Part shown: one piece after another, positions 8,517 to 17,882 of the stretch
Numbering within the stretch: position 1 is the first letter of the stretch
How the letters are laid out: the number at the start of each line of letters is the position of its first letter
DNA from: Lysobacterales bacterium
GTDB lineage: Bacteria > Pseudomonadota > Gammaproteobacteria > Xanthomonadales > SZUA-38
Direction: 5' to 3'
Assembly: GCA_965212525.1 (NCBI GenBank)
Contig: CBDBVC010000045.1
Span: 70,949-134,948, forward strand
DNA length: 64,000 nt
The notes under the pieces: model-generated
What the model was told of the DNA's origin: nothing
The model's input: the letters and a program-made list of their open reading frames with translations, nothing else
Database searches by the model: none
Made by a program: the position numbers and the translations under genes

Positions 8517-8725
8517 TCATTCGGGTTCACATCGATACACTTTCTGTAAGTACCAGGTCACCAGTCCAGGTGCAACAATAGCCTGCAAACTGAAGAACAC
8601 TAGCGTATACCATTCGCTGGCGACGATGGGGTCGCCCTTTTGAATCAACCACTGCTGGCCGATGGGGCCGGCTGAAAACACCACTGCCGTGACCAGGTTC
8701 CAGCCCAGGTGCAGGCCGATAGGGG
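8517..8725 (-). pseudogene. 3' fragment of CPBP (CAAX) intramembrane protease
   Basis: Manual frame PIGLHLGWNLVTAVVFSAGPIG...EPE*; HxxxN motif; cut at IS end. Confidence 0.7.
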
Positions 8726-8765
8726 TGTAATCCCCCCATTTTAAACAGAGCCTATTCGTAGAATC

Positions 8766-9563
8766 TCATGCAGCCTTCAACATCATCCTCGGAGGAATTC
8801 CTCCAATCGAAGTGTGAGGCCGTTCATTATTGTATTTCCATAACCACTCAGTCGCCAGTTGTTGAGCTTGCTCTATCGTTTCAAATTGATGCAGATCCAG
8901 CCATTCATGACGGACCGTTCGATTGAATCGTTCTATGTATGCATTCTGTGTTGGCTTGCCAGGCTGGATGTACATCAGCGTGATGCGATGCTGATTAGCC
9001 CAGTCAACCATGGCCTGTGAGATGTACTCCGGGCCATTGTCCAGACGAATTGCGCTGGGCTTGCCTCGCCATTCCATCACCTGCTCCAGGCATCGGATAA
9101 CCCGTTGGCTGGGAAGCGACAAATCAACGTCAATGGCCAACCCCTCACGGTTGTAATCATCAAGCACATTGAACGTTCTCAGCAACCGGCCATCTGCCAG
9201 CGCGTCACTCATGAAATCTACCGACCACACCTGGTTAATCGCTATCGGTACACTCAATGCATCAGGCTTGTCTCGCTTGATCCTGCTTTTGGGCTTGATT
9301 CTGAGGTTCAACTCCAGCTCACGGTAGATACGATACACACGCTTGTGATTCCAGCCAAAGTGCTGAACATTTCGAAGATACAGAAAGCACAAGCCAAAAC
9401 CCCATCGTTTGTTGGCCATCGTCAATCGCAAAAGCCAGTCAGCAATCCGATCATTCTCGGCTGACAGCTTGGGACGGTAGTAATAGCAGGACTCGCTGAC
9501 CCCCAGGCAAACACAGGCAAATCGGATACTGATACCATGGCGCTCAACTGCTTTGAGTGCCAT
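8766..9563 (-). CDS. IS3 transposase OrfB (DDE)
   Basis: WSVDF, DNGPEY, PGKPTQNAYIERFN. Confidence 0.95.
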   Translation of the reverse strand: MALKAVERHGISIRFACVCLGVSESCYYYRPKLSAENDRIADWLLRLTMANKRWGFGLCFLYLRNVQHFGWNHKRVYRIYRELELNLRIKPKSRIKRDKPDALSVPIAINQVWSVDFMSDALADGRLLRTFNVLDDYNREGLAIDVDLSLPSQRVIRCLEQVMEWRGKPSAIRLDNGPEYISQAMVDWANQHRITLMYIQPGKPTQNAYIERFNRTVRHEWLDLHQFETIEQAQQLATEWLWKYNNERPHTSIGGIPPRMMLKAA

Positions 9564-9596
9564 CTCTTTGCGTTGAGATGGCTTTACAGCTTTCCC
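9559..9596 (-). promoter_or_regulatory. -1 programmed frameshift signal of IS3
   Basis: G GGA AAG heptamer at end of orfA, 7 nt spacer, then 8-bp stem GCCATCTC/GAGATGGC. Confidence 0.8.
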
Positions 9597-9850
9597 TCGA
9601 GGGCTTCCTGCCGGATCTGTGCTTTGAGACGCTCTTCAGCGTACATCTTCTTCAGGCGGGCATTCTCGGCCTCAAGCTCCTTCATGCGCTTCATCATGGA
9701 CATGTCCATGCCGCCAAACTTGCTGCGCCATTTGTAAAACATGGCAGAACTCATACCGTGCTCGCGGCACAGATCAGGCACGGATACGCCCTGTTCGTTC
9801 TGCTTCAAAATCGCCAGGATCTGGCTATCGCTGTAGCGTGACTTTCTCAT
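9584..9850 (-). CDS. IS3 transposase OrfA (HTH)
   Basis: MRKSRYSDSQILAILK...LCREHGMSSAMFYKWRSKFGG. Confidence 0.95.
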   Translation of the reverse strand: MRKSRYSDSQILAILKQNEQGVSVPDLCREHGMSSAMFYKWRSKFGGMDMSMMKRMKELEAENARLKKMYAEERLKAQIRQEALEGKL

Positions 9851-9921
9851 CGAAAACTCCTTTGTTACATTGTAGTGGAATTTTCTACTTCTAACCTCTG
9901 TGGTTTTTTGGGGGGATTACA

Positions 9922-10134
9922 AACCCATTCAATATGAGAAAAACCATCATGTTCCATCAATGTAATATCCATAGAAGCAATCGAGTGTTCGTTAACCAGG
10001 ATTGATTTATTCCTGAAAGGCATTTCTAAATCACCAGAATTCACACCCGAGAACAGCTCTCTCCATTTAGTTTCATTCATACAAGAAACCAGGCTTCTAT
10101 CTTTGATAGCATTGGTAATTCTTTTATCTCTCAT
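9922..10134 (-). pseudogene. 5' fragment of DUF6678-like gene truncated by IS3
   Basis: MNETKWREL...IEWV, then the frame runs into the IS inverted repeat. Confidence 0.55.
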
Positions 10135-10386
10135 TTATTACTGAATATTCAATTTTATCGTTAATTTTGGCGAAACCTGATTCAATTGTTATTACACTCG
10201 AGACTGCAAATGAGTACTTAACTGTAACTACACAGAGGCTCGCAAAGATTTCGCCTAACAGGATAATCAGCGGTGAAAACCCCGTTGACACTTCCATGGG
10301 TGTTAGTACCTGGTTTGATGTTCACGCCCGCATTTTTGCGGGCGGAACAGGGCAGGTTTGTCTCTTGTTTGTTGTAACCAGCGGGC

Positions 10387-10602
10387 TTAACTTGCCGCCG
10401 CTTCGTCACCACCACTGGACATGCCTAACTTGAACAGGACAGCACCCAGTGCGATTTCAATGTAGGCAGAGTATTTCCAGATCATTTCTGGCAACTGGAT
10501 TCCAATTTTTCCCCACAGATCAAAATCTGTATAGCTTCCCACCAGATCAACCAGGCCAAATACCACCAGAATTGCGCCAAGCGCCATCAATACCATTTTC
10601 AT
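10387..10602 (-). CDS. Small membrane protein
   Basis: 71 aa, two hydrophobic segments, AAGGGG RBS. Confidence 0.7.
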   Translation of the reverse strand: MKMVLMALGAILVVFGLVDLVGSYTDFDLWGKIGIQLPEMIWKYSAYIEIALGAVLFKLGMSSGGDEAAAS

Positions 10603-10992
10603 GATTACTTCCCCTTTTTACGTTAATGGGTGCACCCATTCACTACCAAGAGACTGGTTTGAACACCAGCCCCCGCGTCAACCCTCTGAGTCAGGAGTCT
10701 AGCATAGCGTCTGCAGTGCCGTGGCCGTTCAGTCTTCGGGCATTAATTGAAACGGGTTTCCTGTTTCAGTGAACAACCCTATACCTATTCGTAAAACACG
10801 CTCAAATTCGGTCATGGATTCAAATGATCATTGATCAGCATTCCTCTGACGTGATCTGTGTTTGTGTGGTTCGGTCAGCGTCATTGTTCCTGTTGTGAGG
10901 GTTGCCTTCAGATGAGTTCTGTATTGAAGCGCCGCGTCCTTGTTAATCCATGATGTCGATAGTAGGATCAAACGATCCGCAATCTTACCGAG

Positions 10993-12339
10993 GTGCTCAT
11001 GAGCCGATCAGTCTGGATCATGCTTTGCTGTCAGCTGTGTGCCATCAGTCTGGCCTTGGCCGATTCTCAGGATACTGGCGCTACGCCTGGTGCACTTGAG
11101 GCTACCATGCCCCTTGGCTGTGTCACCCTGGATGCTGTGACGCCCGAACACACACCCGCCGACGTGATGCCGGGCGCCATTCGATGCATTGAAAGCGGGG
11201 AATATGATCGTAGCGTCAGCCTGTACCAGATGGTATTGGGTTATGGACTTTATGACATCGAACGTGTTTCTGATGTTTCTGCACATGCGGCAGTATCTAA
11301 GCTCATGGACTATTTTTTCGAGCCAATGAGCAATGAACAGAAGGCAACCTGGTTCAAGACTTATGATAGGCATGTGCTTCCAGGTGGTCCTGAGAAGGTA
11401 ACGTTCTGCAAGACTTTTCAATCGCTGGGGCCGCCAACATACCACCCGCACTACATGATCAAATTTGGCCTCGATGCCATGCAACCGTGGTCGGACCCGT
11501 CGATCAAACCGGATTTTGATTCACGATCTGTATGGATCGATACTGTGGTTAAGATGGAGTGTGCCGATGCTGATCAGCTGGCCGAAAAGGCCCGTCTCGA
11601 TGCCGCCGCGGAACAACACAAGCAACAGAACCTGAATAACATCGTGACGCAAGGACTGGCATTCGGGAGCAGCATGAAAATAAACGTCAGCGAATACTAC
11701 TTTTCGTTGAATGCCTTGCCCGAAAACAATGACGTCCTGGGCCTGGAAACGCCACATCAAATAGCTGGGTTACCCTTTCGCGGAACAGTTGGAAATGGCG
11801 GTCAAATTACTATCGAATACATGGAACCCATTGAGTTGTTCCAGAACACCGTACAGCTGACGCCGATACTTGAAGATGGCCAGGGCATAGTTCGCTGGAC
11901 TTGCAGCTCCGACAACTTTGATCCCCAGTATCTCCCCGGCGAGTGTGAGACAATGGCTCCCGAGTCAGCACCACTACCGCCTTTCAGCAGCAAAATGAAT
12001 TGTACATTGAAGGGGCAATGGACCGCCTACAATGATGATCAGGTTCGCCCATTTACGCTGACCAGCGAGTGGGTGAAGTCAGATACTCTGTATGAAATTC
12101 AAGGCCGCTTTTCGGATGTCGATGGCGACACTGACATCGAAGGGTTGTGTATGGATAATTTTTGCAGCTGGACGCAGACCTACACTGAAGGTGATGCAGC
12201 TGGAACCACATACGACATGTTGCTCACGTTGGAAATGAAAACAGAGCAGAATCAGACAGAAGTCGGGATCAATGGAACCTGGAGCCAAAACGACGAAACC
12301 CTTGGCGATATCGAGGGTTCAGGGCCGTGTATACAGTAG
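10993..12339 (+). CDS. Secreted multidomain protein with internal type IV pilin head domain
   Basis: Signal peptide (..SLALA); MKINVSEYY...LPENN..LGL...ITIEY...LTP...RWTCSS...YLPGEC. Confidence 0.7.
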   Translation: MLMSRSVWIMLCCQLCAISLALADSQDTGATPGALEATMPLGCVTLDAVTPEHTPADVMPGAIRCIESGEYDRSVSLYQMVLGYGLYDIERVSDVSAHAAVSKLMDYFFEPMSNEQKATWFKTYDRHVLPGGPEKVTFCKTFQSLGPPTYHPHYMIKFGLDAMQPWSDPSIKPDFDSRSVWIDTVVKMECADADQLAEKARLDAAAEQHKQQNLNNIVTQGLAFGSSMKINVSEYYFSLNALPENNDVLGLETPHQIAGLPFRGTVGNGGQITIEYMEPIELFQNTVQLTPILEDGQGIVRWTCSSDNFDPQYLPGECETMAPESAPLPPFSSKMNCTLKGQWTAYNDDQVRPFTLTSEWVKSDTLYEIQGRFSDVDGDTDIEGLCMDNFCSWTQTYTEGDAAGTTYDMLLTLEMKTEQNQTEVGINGTWSQNDETLGDIEGSGPCIQ

Positions 12340-12488
12340 GTACAGCCTGTATTTTTTATTGTCTAATTAATAACTTGTTTGATGCAAGTCTGTGTCGGTA
12401 GCCATCAGCATGTTTAATAACCGTTTTTTCTTGTTTTAGACAACCCACGTGTGGTCCCAGTGTAAGTGTCCAGGGTTCATGCTCTTTT

Positions 12489-13181
12489 TCATATTTCATG
12501 CACACCCCAATAGACCTCGGTTTTCGGAGTGCAATAAAACCCCTCAAACTGGTCTGAAGAAATTATGTTCTCTATGAGCTTTCTAGAAGAACACAACAAC
12601 GAACAATGACTATCCCAATGTGTTGTAATCAGTAGACTGTGGTCATGAGTGAACACACAACCATGCGAGGGCACTTCATCTTCTTTAATGAGGTCATCAA
12701 TCAAGTACAGTTTTCTTTCTGTGGCAAATTCATCACCAACCCAAAGCCAGTCATGACCAAGTTTTTTTATTGCGTTAAACAAGCGATTTTCTAGTAGTGG
12801 CGGCAAATCACCCTCTGTTGGAACAATTATTTTAAGTTCTTCAGATAACAAGTTTAGTTTGTTAGCCGATTCTTGATTTGAATACTCTTTCTTTATGCCC
12901 CCGATGGTGGTTCTTAGCCCAATATCAATATCTGCCAGACTGGTGAGTTCTGTTAATTTTAGGATCTCCCGCCATGTTATCGCAGAACAGTCATCAATTA
13001 TTTCCTGTTTCGTAGGCCATTTCTCTGGGCAAAAGCGCCCCATATCCAAATATTTGGGTCTGAGAAATGGATGAAGGATTACAAATACCGCTTCAAACTG
13101 ACCCTCATAGAATTGAAGAATCTTTCCTTCTATCGGACATGAAGCAAATTTAGCTGGTATCGGTTGCTTCCTATTCGTCAT
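12489..13181 (-). CDS. DUF2711-like hypothetical protein
   Basis: HPFL, PTEG, THWDSH, FEGFYCTPKTEVYW; AT-rich; start moved to MTNRKQ. Confidence 0.6.
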   Translation of the reverse strand: MTNRKQPIPAKFASCPIEGKILQFYEGQFEAVFVILHPFLRPKYLDMGRFCPEKWPTKQEIIDDCSAITWREILKLTELTSLADIDIGLRTTIGGIKKEYSNQESANKLNLLSEELKIIVPTEGDLPPLLENRLFNAIKKLGHDWLWVGDEFATERKLYLIDDLIKEDEVPSHGCVFTHDHSLLITTHWDSHCSLLCSSRKLIENIISSDQFEGFYCTPKTEVYWGVHEI

Positions 13182-13249
13182 AGCTAATTCGATTTGATAG
13201 AACTTGTTTTCTGGGGTACATATTTCTTGCACGGGTAAAACACGATTAA

Positions 13250-14608
13250 TCACTTCCCTATACAGAAACTCGTAAAAATCTCGCCAAGGAGATCATCGGC
13301 GGTGAAATCTCCGGTGATGCTGCCGAGGGCGTCCTGGGCCTGGCGCAGTTCTTCGGCCAGCAGTTCGCCAGCCTGGAAGGTTTCGATTTGCTGCAGGCCG
13401 CGTTCGACGGCGTCATTGACTGCTTCGAGGGCTGTGAGGTGGCGGGTGCGGGCCATGAACTGGCCTTCGTTGACGGTTTCCATGCCGGCCAGGCGCTTGA
13501 TGTGGCCGGTGAGCAGGTCCATGCCGTTGCCGGTCTTGGCGGAGAGGTGGATTCGGGTCGGTGCGCCCTCGTCTGACGTCTCGATGCTTGCATCGGTAGA
13601 TGCCAGGTCGATCTTGTTGATGACTTCGGTGACGGGCACGCCTTCGGGGAAGGTAAGACCGGACTCCTCGTCCTGCCGGCTGCTGTCGATGACGTGCAGG
13701 ATGTGATCGACGCGGCTGAATTCGTCACGGGCGCGGCGGATGCCTTCCTGTTCGATGGCGTCGGGTGTTTCGTGGAGGCCGGCGGTGTCGACCAGGTGCA
13801 GCGGGATGCCGTCCAGCTGCAGGCTTTCGCGCAACACGTCGCGCGTGGTTCCCGGAATGTCGGTGACGATGGCCGTTTGTCTTCGGGTGAGGGCGTTGAG
13901 CAGGCTGGACTTGCCGGCGTTGGGGCGGCCAGCCAGAGCAATGTGCAGCCCGTCGCGCAGCAGCTGACCCTTGTGGCTGTCATCGATCAGGGTCTGGATG
14001 TTCTTGAGTAACACTCGTGTGCGACCGGCAACATCGCCTTCGGTGAGAAAGTCGATTTCCTCGTCGGGGAAGTCGATGGCGCTTTCCACATAGACGCGCA
14101 GCTCGATGAGTTCAGCCAGCAGCGCCAGAATGCGATCGGAGAATTCACCCTGCAGCGAGCGCTGGGCGGCGCGGGCCGAGGCGTCGGTGGTGGCGGCGAT
14201 CAGGTCTGCGATGGCTTCGACCTGGGTCAGGTCCATCTTGCCATTGAGGAAGGCGCGCTCGGAGAATTCGCCGGGCCTGGCCAGGCGGGCACCGAGGGCC
14301 AGGGTGCGACCCAGGATCTGGTTCATCACTACCGGGCCGCCATGACCCTGCAGCTCGAGCACGTCTTCGCCGGTGAAGGAGTGCGGGCCTTCGAAATAGA
14401 GCACGATGCCCTGATCGATGACGGTGTTGTCTTCGTCGACGAAGGGCAGGTAGTCGGCGTGGCGTACCTTGATGTGGGTGCCTTGGGGCAGAATGTCGCG
14501 GGCAATGTCGGCAGCGGCCGGGCCAGAGATACGCACGATGCCGACCCCGCCGGCACCCGGTGGTGTGGCGATGGCGGCGATGGTGTCGTTGTGTGGCTCG
14601 CTTGGCAT
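13250..14608 (-). CDS. mnmE: tRNA modification GTPase MnmE
   Basis: DTIAAIATPPG, GRPNAGKSS, GTTRD, DTAG, NKID, FCIGK; start moved to MPSEPH. Confidence 0.98.
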   Translation of the reverse strand: MPSEPHNDTIAAIATPPGAGGVGIVRISGPAAADIARDILPQGTHIKVRHADYLPFVDEDNTVIDQGIVLYFEGPHSFTGEDVLELQGHGGPVVMNQILGRTLALGARLARPGEFSERAFLNGKMDLTQVEAIADLIAATTDASARAAQRSLQGEFSDRILALLAELIELRVYVESAIDFPDEEIDFLTEGDVAGRTRVLLKNIQTLIDDSHKGQLLRDGLHIALAGRPNAGKSSLLNALTRRQTAIVTDIPGTTRDVLRESLQLDGIPLHLVDTAGLHETPDAIEQEGIRRARDEFSRVDHILHVIDSSRQDEESGLTFPEGVPVTEVINKIDLASTDASIETSDEGAPTRIHLSAKTGNGMDLLTGHIKRLAGMETVNEGQFMARTRHLTALEAVNDAVERGLQQIETFQAGELLAEELRQAQDALGSITGDFTADDLLGEIFTSFCIGK

Positions 14609-14674
14609 GCGGCACATGGTAGCGTGTTTGGTGGGTTGGTGGGAGAGGGAGTCGCGTGGTGATTTGTGTTGCTT

Positions 14675-15203
14675 GGGCAAATCCCCCTCGGTCCCCCTTT
14701 GGGAAAGGGGGAGGATGTTGGTGCACTGATCTGTTTTTAAGCCTCCCTTTGTAAAGGGAGGTTTGGAGGGATTTTTCGATCAAGATGGATTCCCGCCTGC
14801 GCGGGAATGACCCGTGTTGTGAGTTGGGGTGCTGATTGCTGAGCTCAACAGGGGCAGGTTACAGGTCCCTCGGCTACGCTCGGTACGACACATTATGTCA
14901 TTCCGACAGAGCGAAGCGACGAGGAATCCTGGTTATCCTGCCCCGGTGCAGGAGATCCCTTACGTTCGTTCGGGATGACGATACTGGGGCAAATCCCCCT
15001 CGGTCCCCCTTTGCAAAGGGGGAGGTGGATGGTGCACCGATCTGGGTTTAAGCCTCCCTTTGGGAAAGGGAGGTTTGGAGGGATTTTCGCGATCAAGATG
15101 GATTTCCGCCTGCGCGGGAATGACGGGGCGCGCTGGTCGAGGTGCCTGCTGCAGGCCTCAGCACGGGCAGGTTACAGGTCCCTCGGCTACGCTCGGGACG
15201 ACA
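14675..15203. repeat. Mosaic REP-like cluster with ~216-bp direct duplication (14675-14890 and 14987-15203)
   Basis: CCCCCTTT/AAAGGGGG pair, GATTCCCGCCTGCGCGGGAATGAC and GTCATCCCGA-type palindromes; period 312 bp. Confidence 0.9.
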
Positions 15204-15214
15204 AATATGTAGAC

Positions 15215-15247
15215 AAAAAAATCCCCGCGGGTGCGGGGATTCTTTTT
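15215..15247. terminator. Intrinsic terminator after yidC (bidirectional form)
   Basis: AATCCCCGC-GGGT-GCGGGGATT flanked by A and T runs. Confidence 0.85.
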
Positions 15248-15284
15248 CATTCATGTTTCGTTGTGCCCCGCAGGGTGACGTTCG

Positions 15285-17009
15285 CTATCCCTGGGCATCA
15301 ATGCGTTTGGTGATGATCCACTGTTGTGCCAGCGAGATGATGACGTTGACGGCCCAGTACAGCACCAGTCCTGACTGGAAGAACAGGAACAGCAGGGTGA
15401 AGGCCACGGGCATGAACATCATGATCTTCTGCTGTATCGGGTCGGCACCGGGTGCTGGTGACAGACGCATGGTAAGGATCATGCCGGCACCGTAGATCAC
15501 GGGCAGAATGAAGTAGGGGTCGGGCGCGGTCAGGTCCTGAATCCACAGCATCCAGGGTGCCTGGCGCAGCTCGACACTTTCGATCAGCACCCAGTACAGG
15601 GCGATGAACACGGGAATCTGGATCAGCATGGGCAGACAGCCGCCGAAGGGGTTGGCCTTCTCGGTCTTGTACAGCTCCATCATTTTCATGTTGAAGGTTT
15701 GCTTGTCGTCGCCGTAGCGTTCCTTCAGGGCCTGGATGCGCGGCGTCAGCTTGCGCAGTTTGGCGGTGGTCTTGTACTGCTTTTCGGTCAGCTTGAAGAA
15801 CATCGCCTTGATGATGATGGTGAGCACCACAATCGACCAGCCCCAGTTGCCGAGGAAGCTGTACAGGGTTTTCAGGATCCAGAACAGGATGGCCGAGAGC
15901 GGCGTGAAGATGCCGTAATCCACCGTCAGGTCCAGACCGGGACGAATGGTATCGATCACGTCCTGCAGCTTGGGCCCCATGTACAGATCCATGGCGAAGT
16001 TGCCGGTATCGCCCGGGGCGATGGAGGTGTTGACGTTCTGTACCTGCTCCAGTCGGTAGCGTGTACCGGCAGGGTCGGCGACAGTTTTGGCGATGTAGCG
16101 ACTGTTGGTGCCGGCTTCGGGCAACCAGGCGGTGATGAAGTAATGCTGCACCATGGCCATCCAGGCCTGCTCGCTCTGGCGCTCGACGCTGCCTTCTCGG
16201 ATGTCCTCGTAATCGAACTTCTCGTACTTGTCGGCACTGGTGTAGATGGCCAGGCCGTTGAAGCTGAAGCGCTCGGGGTTGGTGAAGGCGCTCTTGTCGT
16301 CGAGAATCGGCTCGCGACGCTCCAGACGGTGGTAGGCCGCACCCTGCCAGGTGGCGTCCGAATTGTTGGTCACGGCCTGGTTCAGGCGAACCTGGTAGCT
16401 GCCGCGCGTGAAGGTATAGGTCTTGGTGACGGTGGTGCCATCTTCGCTGCGCCAGGTAAGTGGCACATTCAGTGTCTCGGCACCGCCCATGTCATAGCTT
16501 GAGCTGCCACTGGTAAAGGTGCGGGTATGGAAGGCACCCTCGTGGGTGGCGCTGACCAGACCGCTCTGGATAACATGGTAATCCCGGCCCTGATCGTGCT
16601 GCAGCACGTATTTGTCTTCGGGAATCTTGCGGTCGATGGGGTATTCGAGCAGTTTGGAATGACGAATCTCGCCGCCGCGGGTGCTGATCTCAAGTGACAG
16701 CACATCGGTGGTCACCGTGATCGTTGAAGCACTCACCGCCGCATCGACGGCACTGACAGCCTGACCCTGCGAATCACTGGTGATGCGCGGTGCATCGGGC
16801 ACATCGTCATCGATGCTGCCTGTGCTGCTGTTGCTGACGCCGGGCACATCACTGGATACCGTGTCGCTGCCCGGTGTGGTGAGGTTCGATTCGGTGCTCT
16901 GTGACGGTGAGGTCTGTGGCTTGGGGCCGTAGTCCTGCTGCCAGGCCTGATACATCAGCATCAGGACGATGATCAGACCAATGATCAGCATGGGTCTCAT
17001 GTTAGACAT
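15285..17009 (-). CDS. yidC: Membrane protein insertase YidC
   Basis: QHYF, VDYG, GNWGWSI, NPFGGCLP, DPYFILP; synteny. Confidence 0.98.
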   Translation of the reverse strand: MSNMRPMLIIGLIIVLMLMYQAWQQDYGPKPQTSPSQSTESNLTTPGSDTVSSDVPGVSNSSTGSIDDDVPDAPRITSDSQGQAVSAVDAAVSASTITVTTDVLSLEISTRGGEIRHSKLLEYPIDRKIPEDKYVLQHDQGRDYHVIQSGLVSATHEGAFHTRTFTSGSSSYDMGGAETLNVPLTWRSEDGTTVTKTYTFTRGSYQVRLNQAVTNNSDATWQGAAYHRLERREPILDDKSAFTNPERFSFNGLAIYTSADKYEKFDYEDIREGSVERQSEQAWMAMVQHYFITAWLPEAGTNSRYIAKTVADPAGTRYRLEQVQNVNTSIAPGDTGNFAMDLYMGPKLQDVIDTIRPGLDLTVDYGIFTPLSAILFWILKTLYSFLGNWGWSIVVLTIIIKAMFFKLTEKQYKTTAKLRKLTPRIQALKERYGDDKQTFNMKMMELYKTEKANPFGGCLPMLIQIPVFIALYWVLIESVELRQAPWMLWIQDLTAPDPYFILPVIYGAGMILTMRLSPAPGADPIQQKIMMFMPVAFTLLFLFFQSGLVLYWAVNVIISLAQQWIITKRIDAQG

Positions 17010-17364
17010 GGGATTTGTGTTTCCTTCTGATTCGCTGCCAGTGTTTGTCCAGGGCGCTGAACAGTTCGGCGTTGGAAGCGCTTACCGCGCTGGCCCGTGT
17101 CATGACCACCAGATCGACCACGGGCATGTTCTGCTGCTGGCGAAAACTTTCACGACACAGTCGCTTGATGCGGTTGCGCGCCACGGCGTGTCTGGCCGCC
17201 TTCTTGGAAATGGCCAGGCCCATGCGGGGGTTTGTCGTGGTTCCCTGTGAGAACAGGATCGTGAAGAAGTGATCGCTGCTGCGGGCGGGCTTTTTGAAAA
17301 CGGCGTCAAAATCCCGCTTGCGCAACAACCGTGCCTGCCGGGGAAATCCAGCAGGACCGTGCAT
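17002..17364 (-). CDS. rnpA: RNase P protein component
   Basis: RMGLAISKK...AVARNRIKR..RESFR. Confidence 0.95.
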   Translation of the reverse strand: MHGPAGFPRQARLLRKRDFDAVFKKPARSSDHFFTILFSQGTTTNPRMGLAISKKAARHAVARNRIKRLCRESFRQQQNMPVVDLVVMTRASAVSASNAELFSALDKHWQRIRRKHKSHV

Positions 17365-17366
17365 GA

Positions 17367-17501
17367 TTATACAGCCAGGCGCTTGCGACCCTTGGCTCTG
17401 CGGGCATTGATGATCGCGCGGCCGCTGCGTGTCTTCATGCGAGCGCGAAATCCGTGTGTCCGGGCGCGCTTAAGATTGCTCGGTTGAAATGTTCTTTTCA
17501 T
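17367..17501 (-). CDS. rpmH: 50S ribosomal protein L34
   Basis: Manual translation [44 protein letters not shown]. Confidence 0.98.
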   Translation of the reverse strand: MKRTFQPSNLKRARTHGFRARMKTRSGRAIINARRAKGRKRLAV

Positions 17502-17873
17502 GATTCACACTCTTAAATTCGGATGACGTTATTGTCTGTTGTTGTTCTGTTTAATAAACCAGGTTTCTTTCATCGACCGGCAGCAATCTTTGTGAGTGCT
17601 GGTGCGGCTTGGACAAAAGGAGCGAAAGGATAAGTTTTAAGCGCCCTGATGTCAACTGTTATGTGGCGATAATCCCAAGGTTTTTCAAGCCTTTTCGGGG
17701 CCTGAACAGGGTCAGTTCAACCGCTCGATTTGCACACAAAAGCCACTCCTGACAGAACCGTTTTCTGATCGCTCAGGTATCCCGGTCATACCCGCTAGCT
17801 CACCCGAATACGGGCCTGTTCAGATTCCTGGGCACGCTGCGACCCGAAAGCGGCAGATTTTTCATCCACTGCC

Positions 17874-17882
17874 TGTGGATAA
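17874..17882 (-). promoter_or_regulatory. DnaA box upstream of dnaA
   Basis: Perfect TTATCCACA. Confidence 0.8.

Larger units (their letters stand above)
8726..9921 (-). mobile_element. IS3-family insertion sequence (1196 bp)
   Basis: TG...CA ends; terminal inverted repeats begin TGTAATCCCCCCA; orfA/orfB; no target duplication. Confidence 0.95.

Noticed and set aside
8527..8739. 70 aa ORF from the track
   Set aside because: Starts inside the IS end; the meaningful frame is the CPBP fragment.
9865..9921. C-terminus of the 89 aa ORF
   Set aside because: Read-through into the IS3 inverted repeat.
10605..10615. Second copy of the mnmE terminal repeat (TTACTTCCC)
   Set aside because: Match of only 8-9 bp that doubles as an RBS; chance level.
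1..13250. Integron integrase or other tyrosine recombinase
   Set aside because: No ORF with R-H-R-H-Y motifs (e.g. HTLRHSFATH) in the ORF track.
14675..15203. CRISPR array
   Set aside because: Only two long units with homologous linkers, no unique spacers and no cas genes; REP-like instead.
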